Under the pieces are notes generated by a model. It saw only the letters and a program-made list of their open reading frames with translations, was not told the origin of the DNA and did not search any database. This document shows positions 28,481 through 38,973 of a DNA stretch of 64,000 bases, one piece after another. The position numbers and the translations under genes were made by a program. Numbering within the stretch: the first letter of the stretch is position 1; each line of letters begins with the position of its first letter. This DNA comes from an uncultured Chloroflexia bacterium (GTDB lineage Bacteria > Chloroflexota > Limnocylindria > QHBO01): NCBI GenBank assembly GCA_963825525.1, contig CAWGTN010000002.1, positions 192,001-256,000 on the forward strand, written 5' to 3'.

Positions 28481-29614
28481 ATGACATCCCGCGTCCCGCC
28501 CATCGCGCGCATCCGGCTCGCCCGTTCGGTCCCGCGGCTGCTGGCATGGCCGTCGTTGCTGGCCGCGGCAGGCGTCGCCATCCTGGTCGGCGGATTGGTT
28601 GCCGGCGGCGCCGCGTCGCTGCTCACCGCGGGCTTCGGTGGTCTTCTGGTGCTGACGGGCATCTTCGCCGCGGCGCGGCTCTTGAGCGTGCGGCTGGATA
28701 TCGAGGAGGCGGTGGTCCGGCTGCGGGCCGTCGGATCCGAGCGGCAGTTCGACCTGGTCCCGGGCCCCGTCACCCGGGTCCGTTTGACGGGCGATAACGC
28801 CTCGTCGCTGAAGTCGCGGACGCGGATGCTCGGGTATGACCTCGGGGCCGCGGTGCTGCGCGACGAGGAGCAGATCGAGATCGTGCGGTTGGCACGCACC
28901 GACAGCGCGATCCTCATCCCCACCGAGCGTGGAAGGCTGGCGATCGCCCCCGCCGACGAGGCGGCCCTGCTCGATGCGCTGTCCCGCGCCGCCCAGGCAC
29001 GACAACGACTCGACGCACTCGCCATGCCCGATCTCCCGGAGGGCGCGGGTGAGCCGGAGCCGATGACGGCACCCGAGCCGCCGGCGGATGATGCCGAACC
29101 TGAGCCCGCGGCCATGACCGGCATCGAACGCGCGATCTACGAGCGCACGATTGCCGAGGAGCGGATGGCCGCGGAGCGGGCCGCGGAGCTGCTGCTGGCG
29201 GAAGAGGCTCGCCGTTTGGAGGAGGCCGCGGCCGCGCAGGCGGCCGCCGAGCAGGCCGAGACGGCCGTTCCCGCCGACGCCATGACCGCGCCGACGCGCC
29301 CCCGCCTCGCACGTCGAGCGATCGGCGCCGTTCCGCGTCCGGCGTGGATCCGACGCCCCGAGCCGTCCCTGGCACTGGTCGTCCTTCCCCTGGTCGGGGC
29401 TGGTGCGGTCTGGGGATTTGGCATCGCTCGTGACTCATTGCCGGCGGCAGGGACCGATCTGGGTCGTCTGACGGCACTCGCGCTGGTGCTGGCGGGGCCC
29501 GGTACGACGGTTGGCGCGATCATGGCCCGGATCTGGTGGCCGCGGCTGGTGGGGGTGGTGGTCGTGGGAGGGCTGGCGACTGCGGTCTTCGCGGGACGCG
29601 CCATCCTGGGCTGA
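28481..29614 (+). CDS. Hypothetical membrane protein (possible bacterial PH-like domain, coiled coil)
   Basis: 2 N-terminal TM, beta-rich segment ending LAIAPAD, E/A-rich helix, 3 C-terminal TM. Confidence 0.7.
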   Translation: MTSRVPPIARIRLARSVPRLLAWPSLLAAAGVAILVGGLVAGGAASLLTAGFGGLLVLTGIFAAARLLSVRLDIEEAVVRLRAVGSERQFDLVPGPVTRVRLTGDNASSLKSRTRMLGYDLGAAVLRDEEQIEIVRLARTDSAILIPTERGRLAIAPADEAALLDALSRAAQARQRLDALAMPDLPEGAGEPEPMTAPEPPADDAEPEPAAMTGIERAIYERTIAEERMAAERAAELLLAEEARRLEEAAAAQAAAEQAETAVPADAMTAPTRPRLARRAIGAVPRPAWIRRPEPSLALVVLPLVGAGAVWGFGIARDSLPAAGTDLGRLTALALVLAGPGTTVGAIMARIWWPRLVGVVVVGGLATAVFAGRAILG

Positions 29615-29698
29615 TTGACAGTCGGGCGGTCGGCTGCGACGATCGCCGCCGAGTGAGCCACGGTTCCCGTCCCGGTGTTCCGGGGCGGGATTGTTGTT
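29615..29698 (+). promoter_or_regulatory. ileS promoter plus terminator-containing leader
   Basis: TTGACA-17-GACGAT, then an 11-bp hairpin at 29665-29690 followed by TTGTTGTT. Confidence 0.65.
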
Positions 29699-29717
29699 GG
29701 ACGAGGAGCTGAGCGCC

Positions 29718-32700
29718 ATGTTCAGGCCGGTTTCGAGCAAGCTGGAGGTCCCCGCGCTCGAGCGCGAGGTGATTGCTCGTTGGCGCGAACGCGACACGAT
29801 GGCCCGCTACCTCGCTCGGAACGACGAGTCCGACCGTCGCTTCAGCTTCATCGACGGCCCGATCACGGCGAACAACCCGATGGGCGTCCATCACGCCTGG
29901 GGGCGAACGTACAAGGACCTCTTCCAGCGCTATCACACCATGCTCGGCGAGAAGCAGCGCTACCAGAACGGCTTCGACTGCCAGGGCCTGTGGATCGAGG
30001 TCGAGGTCGAGCGCCAGCTCGGCTTCAACAACAAGCGCCAGATCGAGGAATTCGGCATCGGGAAGTTCGTCGACCTGTGCAAGGCGCGGGTCGACCAGTT
30101 CGCGGGCATCCAGACCGAGCAGAGCAAGCGCCTGGGCTACTGGATGGACTGGGACAACAGCTACTACACCAACTCGGACGAGAACAACTACACGATCTGG
30201 TCCTTCCTGGCCGAGTGCCGACGCCGCGAGCTTCTCTATCGCGGACATGACGTCATGCCCTGGTGCCCACGCTGCGGGACCGGCATCAGCAACATGGAGG
30301 CGGCCGAGGGATACCGGGACGTCCGACACCTGTCGGTCATCGTCCGACTGCCGATCACCACCGAAGGGCACGACGGCGAGGACCTGCTGGTCTGGACGAC
30401 CACGCCGTGGACCCTGTCGAGCAACGTCGCCGCGGCCGTTCATCCGGGGCTGACGTACGACCTGGTGGAGGGTGCGGATGGCCGCCGTTGGTGGGTGAGC
30501 ACCGGATCGAGGCCGCGCGTCGCGCCGGACGCCACCGTCATCCGCCAGGCACCCGGGTCGGATCTGGTTGACCTGGCCTACACGGGTCCGTTCGATGAGT
30601 TCCCGGCGGCTGCCGGCGTCGCGCACCGCGTGATCCCGTGGACCGACGTCTCCGATGCCGAGGGCACCGGCATCGTGCATATCGCCCCCGGCTGCGGGCA
30701 GGAGGACTTCGCGCTGTCGAAGGCGTTCGACCTTGCGGTGATCGACCCCATCGACCAGTTCGGCGTCTTCGGCGAGGGGTTCGGGTGGCAGACCGGGCGG
30801 TACGCGGGCGCGAGCGACGACCCGCAGCACGACCTGGCGCGCGACGTGGTGGCGGACCTCGATGCGCGAAAGCTCCTCGTCGCGAAGGAGAGCTACGAGC
30901 ACTCGTATCCGCACTGCTGGCGTTGCGGCACCCAGCTCATCTTCCGGCTGGTGGACGAGTGGTTCATCGCCATGGACCCGCTCCGCGAGCCGATCGGCGA
31001 GTCGACGCGCAGCGCACGGTGGCTGCCCGACGGCATCGGCCTCGAGGAGCGCGAGATCGACTGGCTCCGGAACATGGGCGACTGGATGATCAGCAAGAAG
31101 CGCTACTACGGCCTGGCGCTCCCGATCTGGGAGTGCACCGAGTGCGACGGCTGGGAGGTCATCGGCTCGAAGGAGGAGCTCCGCGAGCGCGCCACCGCCG
31201 GCTGGGACGAGTTCGAGGGCCATTCCCCGCATCGGCCATGGATCGATGCGGTCGAGATCGCGTGCGCCGCCTGCGGTGGTTCGGCGCGGCGCACGACCGA
31301 CGTCGGCAACCCGTGGCTGGATGCCGGGATCGTGGCGCTCTCGACCCTGAAATGGAACACGGACCGCGACTACTGGAGACAGTGGTATCCGGCCGATCTC
31401 ATCACCGAGTCCTTCCCCGGCCAGTTCCGTAACTGGTTCTACGCCCTGCTGACCGAGTCGACGGTGATGACCTCCGAGGCGCCGATGCGCACGCTCTTCG
31501 CCTACGCCCTGATGCGCGACGAACACGGCGAGGAGATGCACAAGAGCCGCGGCAACAGCATTCCGTTCGACGAGGCCGCGGAGCGCATCGGTGCCGACGT
31601 CATGCGCTGGATGTTCGCGTCCGCGAACCCGGCCGTGAACCTGAACTTCGGGTACGGGCCGGGCCACGAGGTCGTTCGGCGCTTCTTCCTGCCGCTCTGG
31701 AACACGTATGGGTTCCTCGTCACCTACGCGCGCATCGACGGCTGGACCCCGGATCAGCTCGATGGCGTTCCTGATGCACGGACGCCGCTCGACCGCTGGA
31801 TCCTGTCGCGGCTGGACGGCCTGGTGGGCGAGGTGGGGGCGGCCTATGCCGGCTACGACGCCCAGGCGCGCGGGTCGGGCCATCGAATCGTTCGTGGCGG
31901 ACCTGTCGAACTGGTACGTGCGCCGCAACCGGCGACGGTTCTGGAAGGGCGAGCTCGACGCCGACAAGCGGGCCGCCTACGCGACGTTGTACGAAGTGCT
32001 CACCACGCTCTGCCGGCTCATGGCGCCGATCACGCCGCACCTGACGGACGCGATATGGGACAACCTGGTGGCGACGGTGGACGCCTCTCAGCCCGATAGC
32101 GTGCACCTCACCGACTTCCCCGAGCGCGTCCGGGGCCGAGCCGATCCGGCATTGGACGCCGCCGTCGACCTGGCCCGACGAACGGTCGCCCTGGGCCGTG
32201 CGGCGCGGGCGGCCACCGGGCTGCGGACCCGGCAGCCATTGCGGGCGGCACGGGTGAAGCTGCCCGCTGGCGCCACCGGATTCTCGAGCGATGCGGCACT
32301 CGACGACGAGCTCAGACAGGAGATCCAGGACGAGCTCAACGTCCACGAGATCGGCTTCATCCCGAAGGAATCGGAGCTTGTCGAGCGCGCGCTCTATCCG
32401 CTGTTGCCGGTGATCGGCCCGCGTCACGGTGCCGCGGTGGGGGCGATCATGGCGGCAACGCGCTCCGGCGACTGGACGCTGAACGACGACGGCACGGCAA
32501 CGGTCGGCGGGGCGACGCTTCAGCCGGACGAGTTCCAGCTGACGGCGCGGGCGCGCGCCGGGCACGAGGTCGCGGAAGAGGGCGATGTCCTCGTGGCGCT
32601 CGACACCGAGGTCGACGAGGAGCTCGCCGCGGAGGGCATGGCGCGCGAGGTCGCGCATCGGCTCCAGGCGCTTCGCCGCAGCGCCGGCTACGAGATCAGC

Positions 32701-32896
32701 GATCGCGTGCGAGTGGCGATCGATACCGACCCGGGCACGACAGAGCGGCTCGGTGCGCATCGCGACTGGCTGGCCGACGAGCTCCTCGCCACGACGGTCG
32801 GAGATCGGGCCGTCGGCCGTGCTCGAGGCGCCGGATGCATCCGACACGATCGAGATCGACGGAACGGAGCTGGGCCTCACGGTCGCTCGCGCCTGA
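29718..32896 (+). CDS. ileS: Isoleucyl-tRNA synthetase (type 2-like), frameshifts near 31865 and 32805
   Basis: FIDGP, WTTTPWTL, GTGIVHIAP, HSYPHCWRC, DWMISKKRY, LSNWYVRRNRRRFW. Confidence 0.95.
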
Positions 32897-32924
32897 CGCA
32901 GCCCACGTCGGCTAGAGTGAGGCG

Positions 32925-33443
32925 GTGGAGGCCGCGGCGGAACGAGACGCATCAATGAGGCCCGTGCTCGTGCTGGCGGGCACGGCGATCGTGCTGTATG
33001 CCGCCGACCAGGTCACGAAGCAGCTCGTGGTGGCCAACATGGCCTTTGGCGAACGGGTGGACGTCATCGGCTCGCTTGCCCAGCTCTGGCACGTCCGCAA
33101 CACCGGCGCCGCGTTCAGCATCCTGCCGGGCGCCACCTGGCTCTTCATCCCGGTGACGATCGCGGCGATCGGCATGGTCGTGTACTTCCATCGGACGCTT
33201 CGCTTCGCGGGGCCGTGGGTGCAGGTCATCCTGGGTGCCATCCTGGCGGGCGCACTCGGCAACCTCACCGACCGGATCCGGCTCGGGTATGTCGTCGATT
33301 TCGTGAGCCTGGGATTCGGCAACACCCGCTTTCCGACATTCAACGTCGCCGACTCGGCGGTCGTGCTCGGCATCGGAGCCCTGGTCGGATACCTGACCTT
33401 TTTCGCCCCCTCGCCCCCTCCGGCGTCGGAGCAGGCGGAGTGA
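32925..33443 (+). CDS. lspA: Lipoprotein signal peptidase II
   Basis: DQVTK, NTGAAFS, GALGNLTDR, VVDF, FNVAD. Confidence 0.96.
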   Translation: MEAAAERDASMRPVLVLAGTAIVLYAADQVTKQLVVANMAFGERVDVIGSLAQLWHVRNTGAAFSILPGATWLFIPVTIAAIGMVVYFHRTLRFAGPWVQVILGAILAGALGNLTDRIRLGYVVDFVSLGFGNTRFPTFNVADSAVVLGIGALVGYLTFFAPSPPPASEQAE

Positions 33444-34411
33444 CGCCGTCCGAGGACCGAACGATCGAGGGGCCTGCCCCCGCCGGCCGCGTTGACCTGG
33501 CCGTCTCGAGCGTCGGGGGCATCAGCCGCGCGCACGCACAACGGCTCATCGGCGATGGTCGAGCGCTCATCGACGGGTCCTCCCGACGCGCCAGTGATCG
33601 TCTCGTCGGCGGCGAGATCGTGCACGTCGTGCTCAGCGCGCCGCCCGACGAGACGCTGCTTCCCGAGTCGATCCCGTTCGGGGTGGCGTACGAGGACGAG
33701 ACGATGCTGATCGTCGACAAGCCGGCCGGGCTGGTCGTCCATCCCTCGGCCGGCCATGGCAGCGGAACGCTGGTCAACGCCCTGCTGGGTCGGTCACGGG
33801 ATCGCGGCGAGTCGCTGGGCTCGATTGCCGGGGTTGGCCGCCCCGGAATCGTGCATCGGCTCGACAAGGAGACGAGCGGGCTGATCGTGGTGGCGAAGTC
33901 CGACCTGGCCCAATCGAGCCTCATGCGGCAGTTCGGGGATCGCAGCATCGAGAAGGAGTACCTCGCCCTGGTCCGCGGGGATGCGCCGTCCCCGAGAGGT
34001 CGGGTCGAGGCGCCCATCGGGCGAGATCCACGCGACCGTCAGCGCATGGCGGTGGTGGCCGGCGGCAGGGAATCCGTCACCGAGTACGAGGTCGTGGCCA
34101 TCGGCGGTGGATACACGCTCCTGGTCCTCCGACCACTCACCGGCCGCACCCATCAGATCAGAGCGCACCTGTCATACCTCGGGCTGCCGATCGCCGGCGA
34201 CCTGCGCTACGGCGGCGGGGAGGGCCCGGGTGGCCTGCGCCGCCAGTTCCTCCATGCGGCGCGCCTCCGTCTGGAACGGCCCACCGACGGCCGGCGCCTC
34301 CACGCCTGGAGTGAGCTGCCCGCTGACCTTGCCGCCTGCCTGACGACCGCCGGAGTTGTCGTGCCCCAGGGCCGAGTTCCGGTGGGTGTCGGCGCCGAGG
34401 TGGAGGCATGA
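33440..34411 (+). CDS. rluD: RluA/RluD family pseudouridine synthase
   Basis: S4-like N-terminus, DKPAGLVVHP, HRLDKETSG, TGRTHQIR. Confidence 0.92.
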   Translation: MTPSEDRTIEGPAPAGRVDLAVSSVGGISRAHAQRLIGDGRALIDGSSRRASDRLVGGEIVHVVLSAPPDETLLPESIPFGVAYEDETMLIVDKPAGLVVHPSAGHGSGTLVNALLGRSRDRGESLGSIAGVGRPGIVHRLDKETSGLIVVAKSDLAQSSLMRQFGDRSIEKEYLALVRGDAPSPRGRVEAPIGRDPRDRQRMAVVAGGRESVTEYEVVAIGGGYTLLVLRPLTGRTHQIRAHLSYLGLPIAGDLRYGGGEGPGGLRRQFLHAARLRLERPTDGRRLHAWSELPADLAACLTTAGVVVPQGRVPVGVGAEVEA

Positions 34412-35046
34412 ACGTGGACGAGGCGCAGGCAGACGCGCAGAAGCGCATGACCTTCCCGAACCCGATGCTGGTGGTGGTCTCGGGTCCGTCGGGCGTCGGC
34501 AAGAGCACGATCGTGGCGGAGCTTGCACGCCGGCATCCGCAGGTCGTCCCGATCGTGACCGCCACCACCCGTGATCAGCGCGATGGCGAGCTGCACGGCG
34601 TGCACTACCACTTCATGGCTCCCGACGAATTCGTGGCGCTGCGCGACAGCGGCGGCCTGCTGGAGTGGGCCGAGGTCCACGGCAAGCTGTACGGCACGCC
34701 GGTCGACCAGGTGCGCGGCATCCTGGCGGCGGGGCGTGATGCCATCCTGACGATCGACCCGCAGGGGGCTCGCCAGGTCCGAGCCTCGGTTCCCGATGCG
34801 CTGCTCGTGTTCGTGAAGCCTCCCAGCATGGAGGACCTGGCGCATCGGCTCGAGGCCCGGGGCAGCGAGTCCGCGGAGTCACTCGCACGACGGCAGCGAG
34901 ACGCTCGGCAATGGATGGCCGATATCGACGGGTACGACCACGTCGTGGTCAACGAGACCGGACATCCCGAGGAGGCTGCCGAGCTCATCTGGGAGATCAT
35001 CCAGGCCGAAGCCCGCCGCGAGCCGCCGCGAAGACCACGGGTCTAG
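34408..35046 (+). CDS. gmk: Guanylate kinase
   Basis: SGPSGVGKST, ATTR, YHF, YGTP. Confidence 0.96.
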   Translation: MNVDEAQADAQKRMTFPNPMLVVVSGPSGVGKSTIVAELARRHPQVVPIVTATTRDQRDGELHGVHYHFMAPDEFVALRDSGGLLEWAEVHGKLYGTPVDQVRGILAAGRDAILTIDPQGARQVRASVPDALLVFVKPPSMEDLAHRLEARGSESAESLARRQRDARQWMADIDGYDHVVVNETGHPEEAAELIWEIIQAEARREPPRRPRV

Positions 35047-35051
35047 CCCGC

Positions 35052-37412
35052 ATGAGTCCGACGGATCGCGTGGTGCGCGTGGCCGTTGACGCACTCGCCG
35101 ATCGTCCCGAGCGCACGTTCAGCTACCGCGTGCCAGCGGATGTCGATGTGCCGGCACCCGGCTCCCTGGTCCTGGTGCCATACGGGCGACGCGTCGCGCT
35201 CGGCTACGTGATGGAAGGCGAGGTCGGACCGGCGGAGGCGGATCTCAAGGAGATCGAGGCGGTCGTGTCGCGGCCGATGCTGACTCCGGACCTGCTCGTC
35301 CTTGCCGAGGCAATTGCCGCGTACTACCGCGCACCCGTCGGAACGACGTTGGCGGCGATGCTGCCACCCGGGCTCGAGTCACGCCTGTCGCGCACGTGGG
35401 AGGTGCTCGATCCGGGCGCGCTTCCGCCGGGCCTGGCGGGTGCGGCGGTCGCCGGCGAGACGGCTGTCGGATGCGGCCGTCTTGCGCGCGGCACCCAGAC
35501 GCGGACGCGATGCCTGGCTGGAGCGCATGCGCCGCACGGGCGCGCTCCGATCGCGAATGGGAGCTCCGATCGGCCGAGACATCACCGCGGCGCATCCGCG
35601 TCGTTGCGTCCGCTGGCGGGGGATGCGGAGCCACCTCGCCGGGCGCCGGTGCAGCGAGCCCTGCTCGATGCCCTCGGGACCGAGGAGCGGACGATGGCCG
35701 AGCTCGCCGACCTCCTCGGAACCGACGCGTCGTCGCTGCTGGGTCCCGCTCGCCGCCTCGTGGCGCTGGGACGCGCGGAGATGGACTGGCGGATCGTCGA
35801 GCGAAGCCCGCTGGCGCATCGGGCCGAGCAACCGGATCCGCGCAGCAACCTGGCGGCCGAGCAGCGAACGGCGGTGGATGCGATCGGAGCGTTGCGCCCC
35901 GGCGGCGAGCTGCTGCTGCAGGGCGTCGCCGCATCGGGCAAGACGGACGTCTACCTGGCGGCCGCGGTCGAGACGATCGCCGCCGGTCGCTCCGTCATCA
36001 TCGGGGTTCCGGAGATGAGCCTCGTCCCCCAGATCGCCGATCGACTGCGGGCCACGATCGGTGACGCCCTGGGAGTCCTGCATTCCGGCCTGTCGGCGGG
36101 GGAGCGCCACGATGAGTGGTGGCGGATTCTGCGCGGCGAGGTGACCGTGGTGGTCGGCACGCGGACCGCGCTCTTCGCTCCGCTTCCGGACCTTGGGTTG
36201 ATCGTCATCGACGAGGAGCATGAGGGGGCGTACAAGTCCGATCGGACCCCGCGCTACGACGCGCGCTGGGTCGCGCGCCAACGCGCCGTGACCACCGGGG
36301 CGCGGGCCGTGTTCGGCAGCGCGACGCCCGACCTCGTCAGCATGGCGCGCGTGCGCGGAGGTCACGCCGAGCGGGTCGAGCTGGTGGAGCGGCGGGTGGG
36401 AGCGGTGCCGAGCATCGAGCTCGCCGACCTGCGTGCCGAGCTGGCGGGCGGCAACCGGTCGATCTTCTCCCAGGCGCTGGACGACGCGCTGCGAGCCATG
36501 GTCCGCGGCCAGGATCAGGCCGTGCTGCTCATCAACCGACGCGGTGCGGCAACGTTCATCCTGTGCCGCGACTGCGGTGAGAGCCTGCGCTGCCCGGACT
36601 GCGACCTGCCCTTCGTGTACCACCTCGATGGCCGAAACCTGCGATGCCATCACTGCGGACGTTCCGGCACTCCGCCCGACGCCTGCCCCAGCTGTGCAAG
36701 CCCACGGATCCGCTACTTCGGCGCCGGCACGCAGCGGGTCGAGGCCGAGCTTCGAGCGCGCTATCCCAGCCTGAGGATCGGCCGCCTCGACTCCGATGCG
36801 CTCAGTGCGCGGCGCGGCTTCGAGACGATCTATGACGACTTCCGCGAGGGGCGCACCGACGTGCTGGTCGGGACGCAGCTCGCCGCCAAGGGCCTCGATC
36901 TGCCGTCGGTGACGCTCGCCGCCGTGGTCGCCGCGGACGTCACGCTCAACCTCCCCGACTATCGTGCGGCGGAACGCACGTTCCAGCTCCTGGCCCAGGT
37001 GGCCGGCCGGGCCGGTCGGGGGCCACGGCCCGGTCGCGTCATCATCCAGACCTACGCTCCGGGCCACTACGCCGTGCGGGCCGCGGCCGCGTTGGATGTC
37101 GACGGCTTCGCCGACGAAGAGCTGCTGCGACGTCGCCTGCTCGGCTATCCGCCGTTCGGCGTGCTCGCGCGTCTCCTGATCTCGGATGCCGATCGCGCAC
37201 GCGCCGAATCCCGCGGGCGGGCCGCCGTCGAGGCGGTGAGCACGCCGGGCGTGGAGGTTCTCGGACCCAACCCGGCGTACGTCGCGCGGCGTGCCGGCCG
37301 GTTCCGCATGCAGGTCGTGATCCGCGCACCCGATGCGGCCGCTCGCCTCGGTGCGCTCGAGCGGGTGCCGCCGGGGATCGCGATCGACGTCGACCCCGAG
37401 TCACTCCTGTGA
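35052..37412 (+). CDS. priA: Primosomal protein N' (compensating indels around 35465-35600)
   Basis: SGKT, DEEH, GSATP, four CxxC pairs, AKGLD, QVAGRAGR. Confidence 0.95.
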   Translation: MSPTDRVVRVAVDALADRPERTFSYRVPADVDVPAPGSLVLVPYGRRVALGYVMEGEVGPAEADLKEIEAVVSRPMLTPDLLVLAEAIAAYYRAPVGTTLAAMLPPGLESRLSRTWEVLDPGALPPGLAGAAVAGETAVGCGRLARGTQTRTRCLAGAHAPHGRAPIANGSSDRPRHHRGASASLRPLAGDAEPPRRAPVQRALLDALGTEERTMAELADLLGTDASSLLGPARRLVALGRAEMDWRIVERSPLAHRAEQPDPRSNLAAEQRTAVDAIGALRPGGELLLQGVAASGKTDVYLAAAVETIAAGRSVIIGVPEMSLVPQIADRLRATIGDALGVLHSGLSAGERHDEWWRILRGEVTVVVGTRTALFAPLPDLGLIVIDEEHEGAYKSDRTPRYDARWVARQRAVTTGARAVFGSATPDLVSMARVRGGHAERVELVERRVGAVPSIELADLRAELAGGNRSIFSQALDDALRAMVRGQDQAVLLINRRGAATFILCRDCGESLRCPDCDLPFVYHLDGRNLRCHHCGRSGTPPDACPSCASPRIRYFGAGTQRVEAELRARYPSLRIGRLDSDALSARRGFETIYDDFREGRTDVLVGTQLAAKGLDLPSVTLAAVVAADVTLNLPDYRAAERTFQLLAQVAGRAGRGPRPGRVIIQTYAPGHYAVRAAAALDVDGFADEELLRRRLLGYPPFGVLARLLISDADRARAESRGRAAVEAVSTPGVEVLGPNPAYVARRAGRFRMQVVIRAPDAAARLGALERVPPGIAIDVDPESLL

Positions 37413-37430
37413 TCGGTACAATCCTGCGCC

Positions 37431-37937
37431 ATGGCCATCCGTCGCATCCTGACCGCAGGAGAATCCATCCTTCGCGAGCGCGCCAAGCGAGTCTCGAACT
37501 TCGACGCGAGTCTCCATCGGCTGCTCGACGACATGCTGGAGACGATGCGTGATGCACCGGGCGTCGGCCTGGCCGCCAACCAGATCGGGGTGCCGCTGCA
37601 GGTCGCGATCATCGAGGTCGACGATCGCATCACGGAGCTCGTGAACCCGCAGATCGTCAAGGGGTCCGGCGAGGATCCCGACTGGGAGGGCTGCCTCTCG
37701 ATCCCGGGGTACGTGGCCGAGGTGACCCGCTTCGAGAAGGTGACGGTCAAGGCGCGAGATCGGCATGGCAAGGAGTTCCGCACTCGAGGAACCGACCTCT
37801 TCGCGCGGGCGTTGCAGCACGAGATCGACCACCTCAACGGGGTCCTCTACATCGACCATCTGGAGTCGATGGATGAGCTGGTGCACGTGAGCGACGCGGC
37901 GGAGGAGGCCGAGGAGCAAGCGGCCGCCGGCATCTAG
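37431..37937 (+). CDS. def: Peptide deformylase
   Basis: GVGLAANQIG, EGCLS, QHEIDH. Confidence 0.97.
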   Translation: MAIRRILTAGESILRERAKRVSNFDASLHRLLDDMLETMRDAPGVGLAANQIGVPLQVAIIEVDDRITELVNPQIVKGSGEDPDWEGCLSIPGYVAEVTRFEKVTVKARDRHGKEFRTRGTDLFARALQHEIDHLNGVLYIDHLESMDELVHVSDAAEEAEEQAAAGI

Positions 37938-38890
37938 TGGCCGGTATCGGGCGGATTGCATTCCTCGGAACCGGCGCGTTCGGCGTCCCGCTGCTCGGGC
38001 GCATCCTCGACCTGGCCGATGACCTGCTGGTCGTCAGCCAGCCGGATCGCCCCGCGGGCCGCAGACTCCAGATCCGCGCCACCCCGGTGGCCGAATTCGC
38101 CCGCGAGCGCGATGTGCCCGTCCTCACGCCCCGACGCCTGCGAGACGACGAGACGCGAGGCGAGCTTCGAGCCTACGCCCCGGACGGGCTGGTCCTGGTG
38201 GCCTACGGCCAGCTCGTGCCGTCGGACCTGCTGGAGCTGGCCGAGCGTCCGCCTCTCAACGTCCATCCGTCGCTGCTTCCCCGTCATCGGGGGGCAGCGC
38301 CGGTGGCCGGCACGATCCTGGCCGGCGACGCGGAGGGCGGCGTGTCCCTCATGGTCATGACACCCGAGCTCGACGCGGGGCCAATCGTCAGGCAGTGGAC
38401 GGTTGCGCTCACCGGTCGAGAGACAACGCCCGACCTGGAGCTCCGCCTGGCCGAGCTGGCTGCCGATGTCGTCCCGTCGGAGCTCGAGCGTTGGGCCGCT
38501 GGGCCGATCTCGACGGTCGAGCAGGACCATGCCCTCGCAACGCTCATTCGCCCGTTCTCGCGCGACGATGGGTGGATCGACTGGCATCGGCCGGCCGTGG
38601 AGGTGGATCGCCAGGTCCGGGCGCTCCAGCCATGGCCCGGTGCGTGGAGCACGATCGACGGGCGACGCATCCACATCCGCAGCGCGCGTCCCGTGACCGG
38701 GGTCGACGACATGCCGATCGGTGCCCTGCTCCCGGGCGACCCGCCGTGCGTCGCCTGCGGCATCGGGGCGCTGGCGCTCGAGGTCGTCCAGCCGGAGGGA
38801 CGTGCCGCCATGCCCGCCGCGGATTGGCGGCGTGGACTCGACCGCGAGCACGTGCTCCTCGGCGCGGGACGACCCGCCGAGCCCGCCTGA
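37937..38890 (+). CDS. fmt: Methionyl-tRNA formyltransferase
   Basis: QPDRPAGR, VAYG, NVHPSLLPRHRG, LDAGP. Confidence 0.96.
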   Translation: MAGIGRIAFLGTGAFGVPLLGRILDLADDLLVVSQPDRPAGRRLQIRATPVAEFARERDVPVLTPRRLRDDETRGELRAYAPDGLVLVAYGQLVPSDLLELAERPPLNVHPSLLPRHRGAAPVAGTILAGDAEGGVSLMVMTPELDAGPIVRQWTVALTGRETTPDLELRLAELAADVVPSELERWAAGPISTVEQDHALATLIRPFSRDDGWIDWHRPAVEVDRQVRALQPWPGAWSTIDGRRIHIRSARPVTGVDDMPIGALLPGDPPCVACGIGALALEVVQPEGRAAMPAADWRRGLDREHVLLGAGRPAEPA

Positions 38891-38973
38891 CCTGACCCGG
38901 CCGAGAGCCCGCGCAACCCCGCGCCCGAGGTCGGATATACTCGATTGAGCCCTCACGGAGGTGGGCGCAACCA

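Noticed and set aside
31860-31870. Programmed frameshifting in ileS (also gpmI, smc, tatC)
   Set aside because: No slippery heptamer or shared context; sequencing error is simpler
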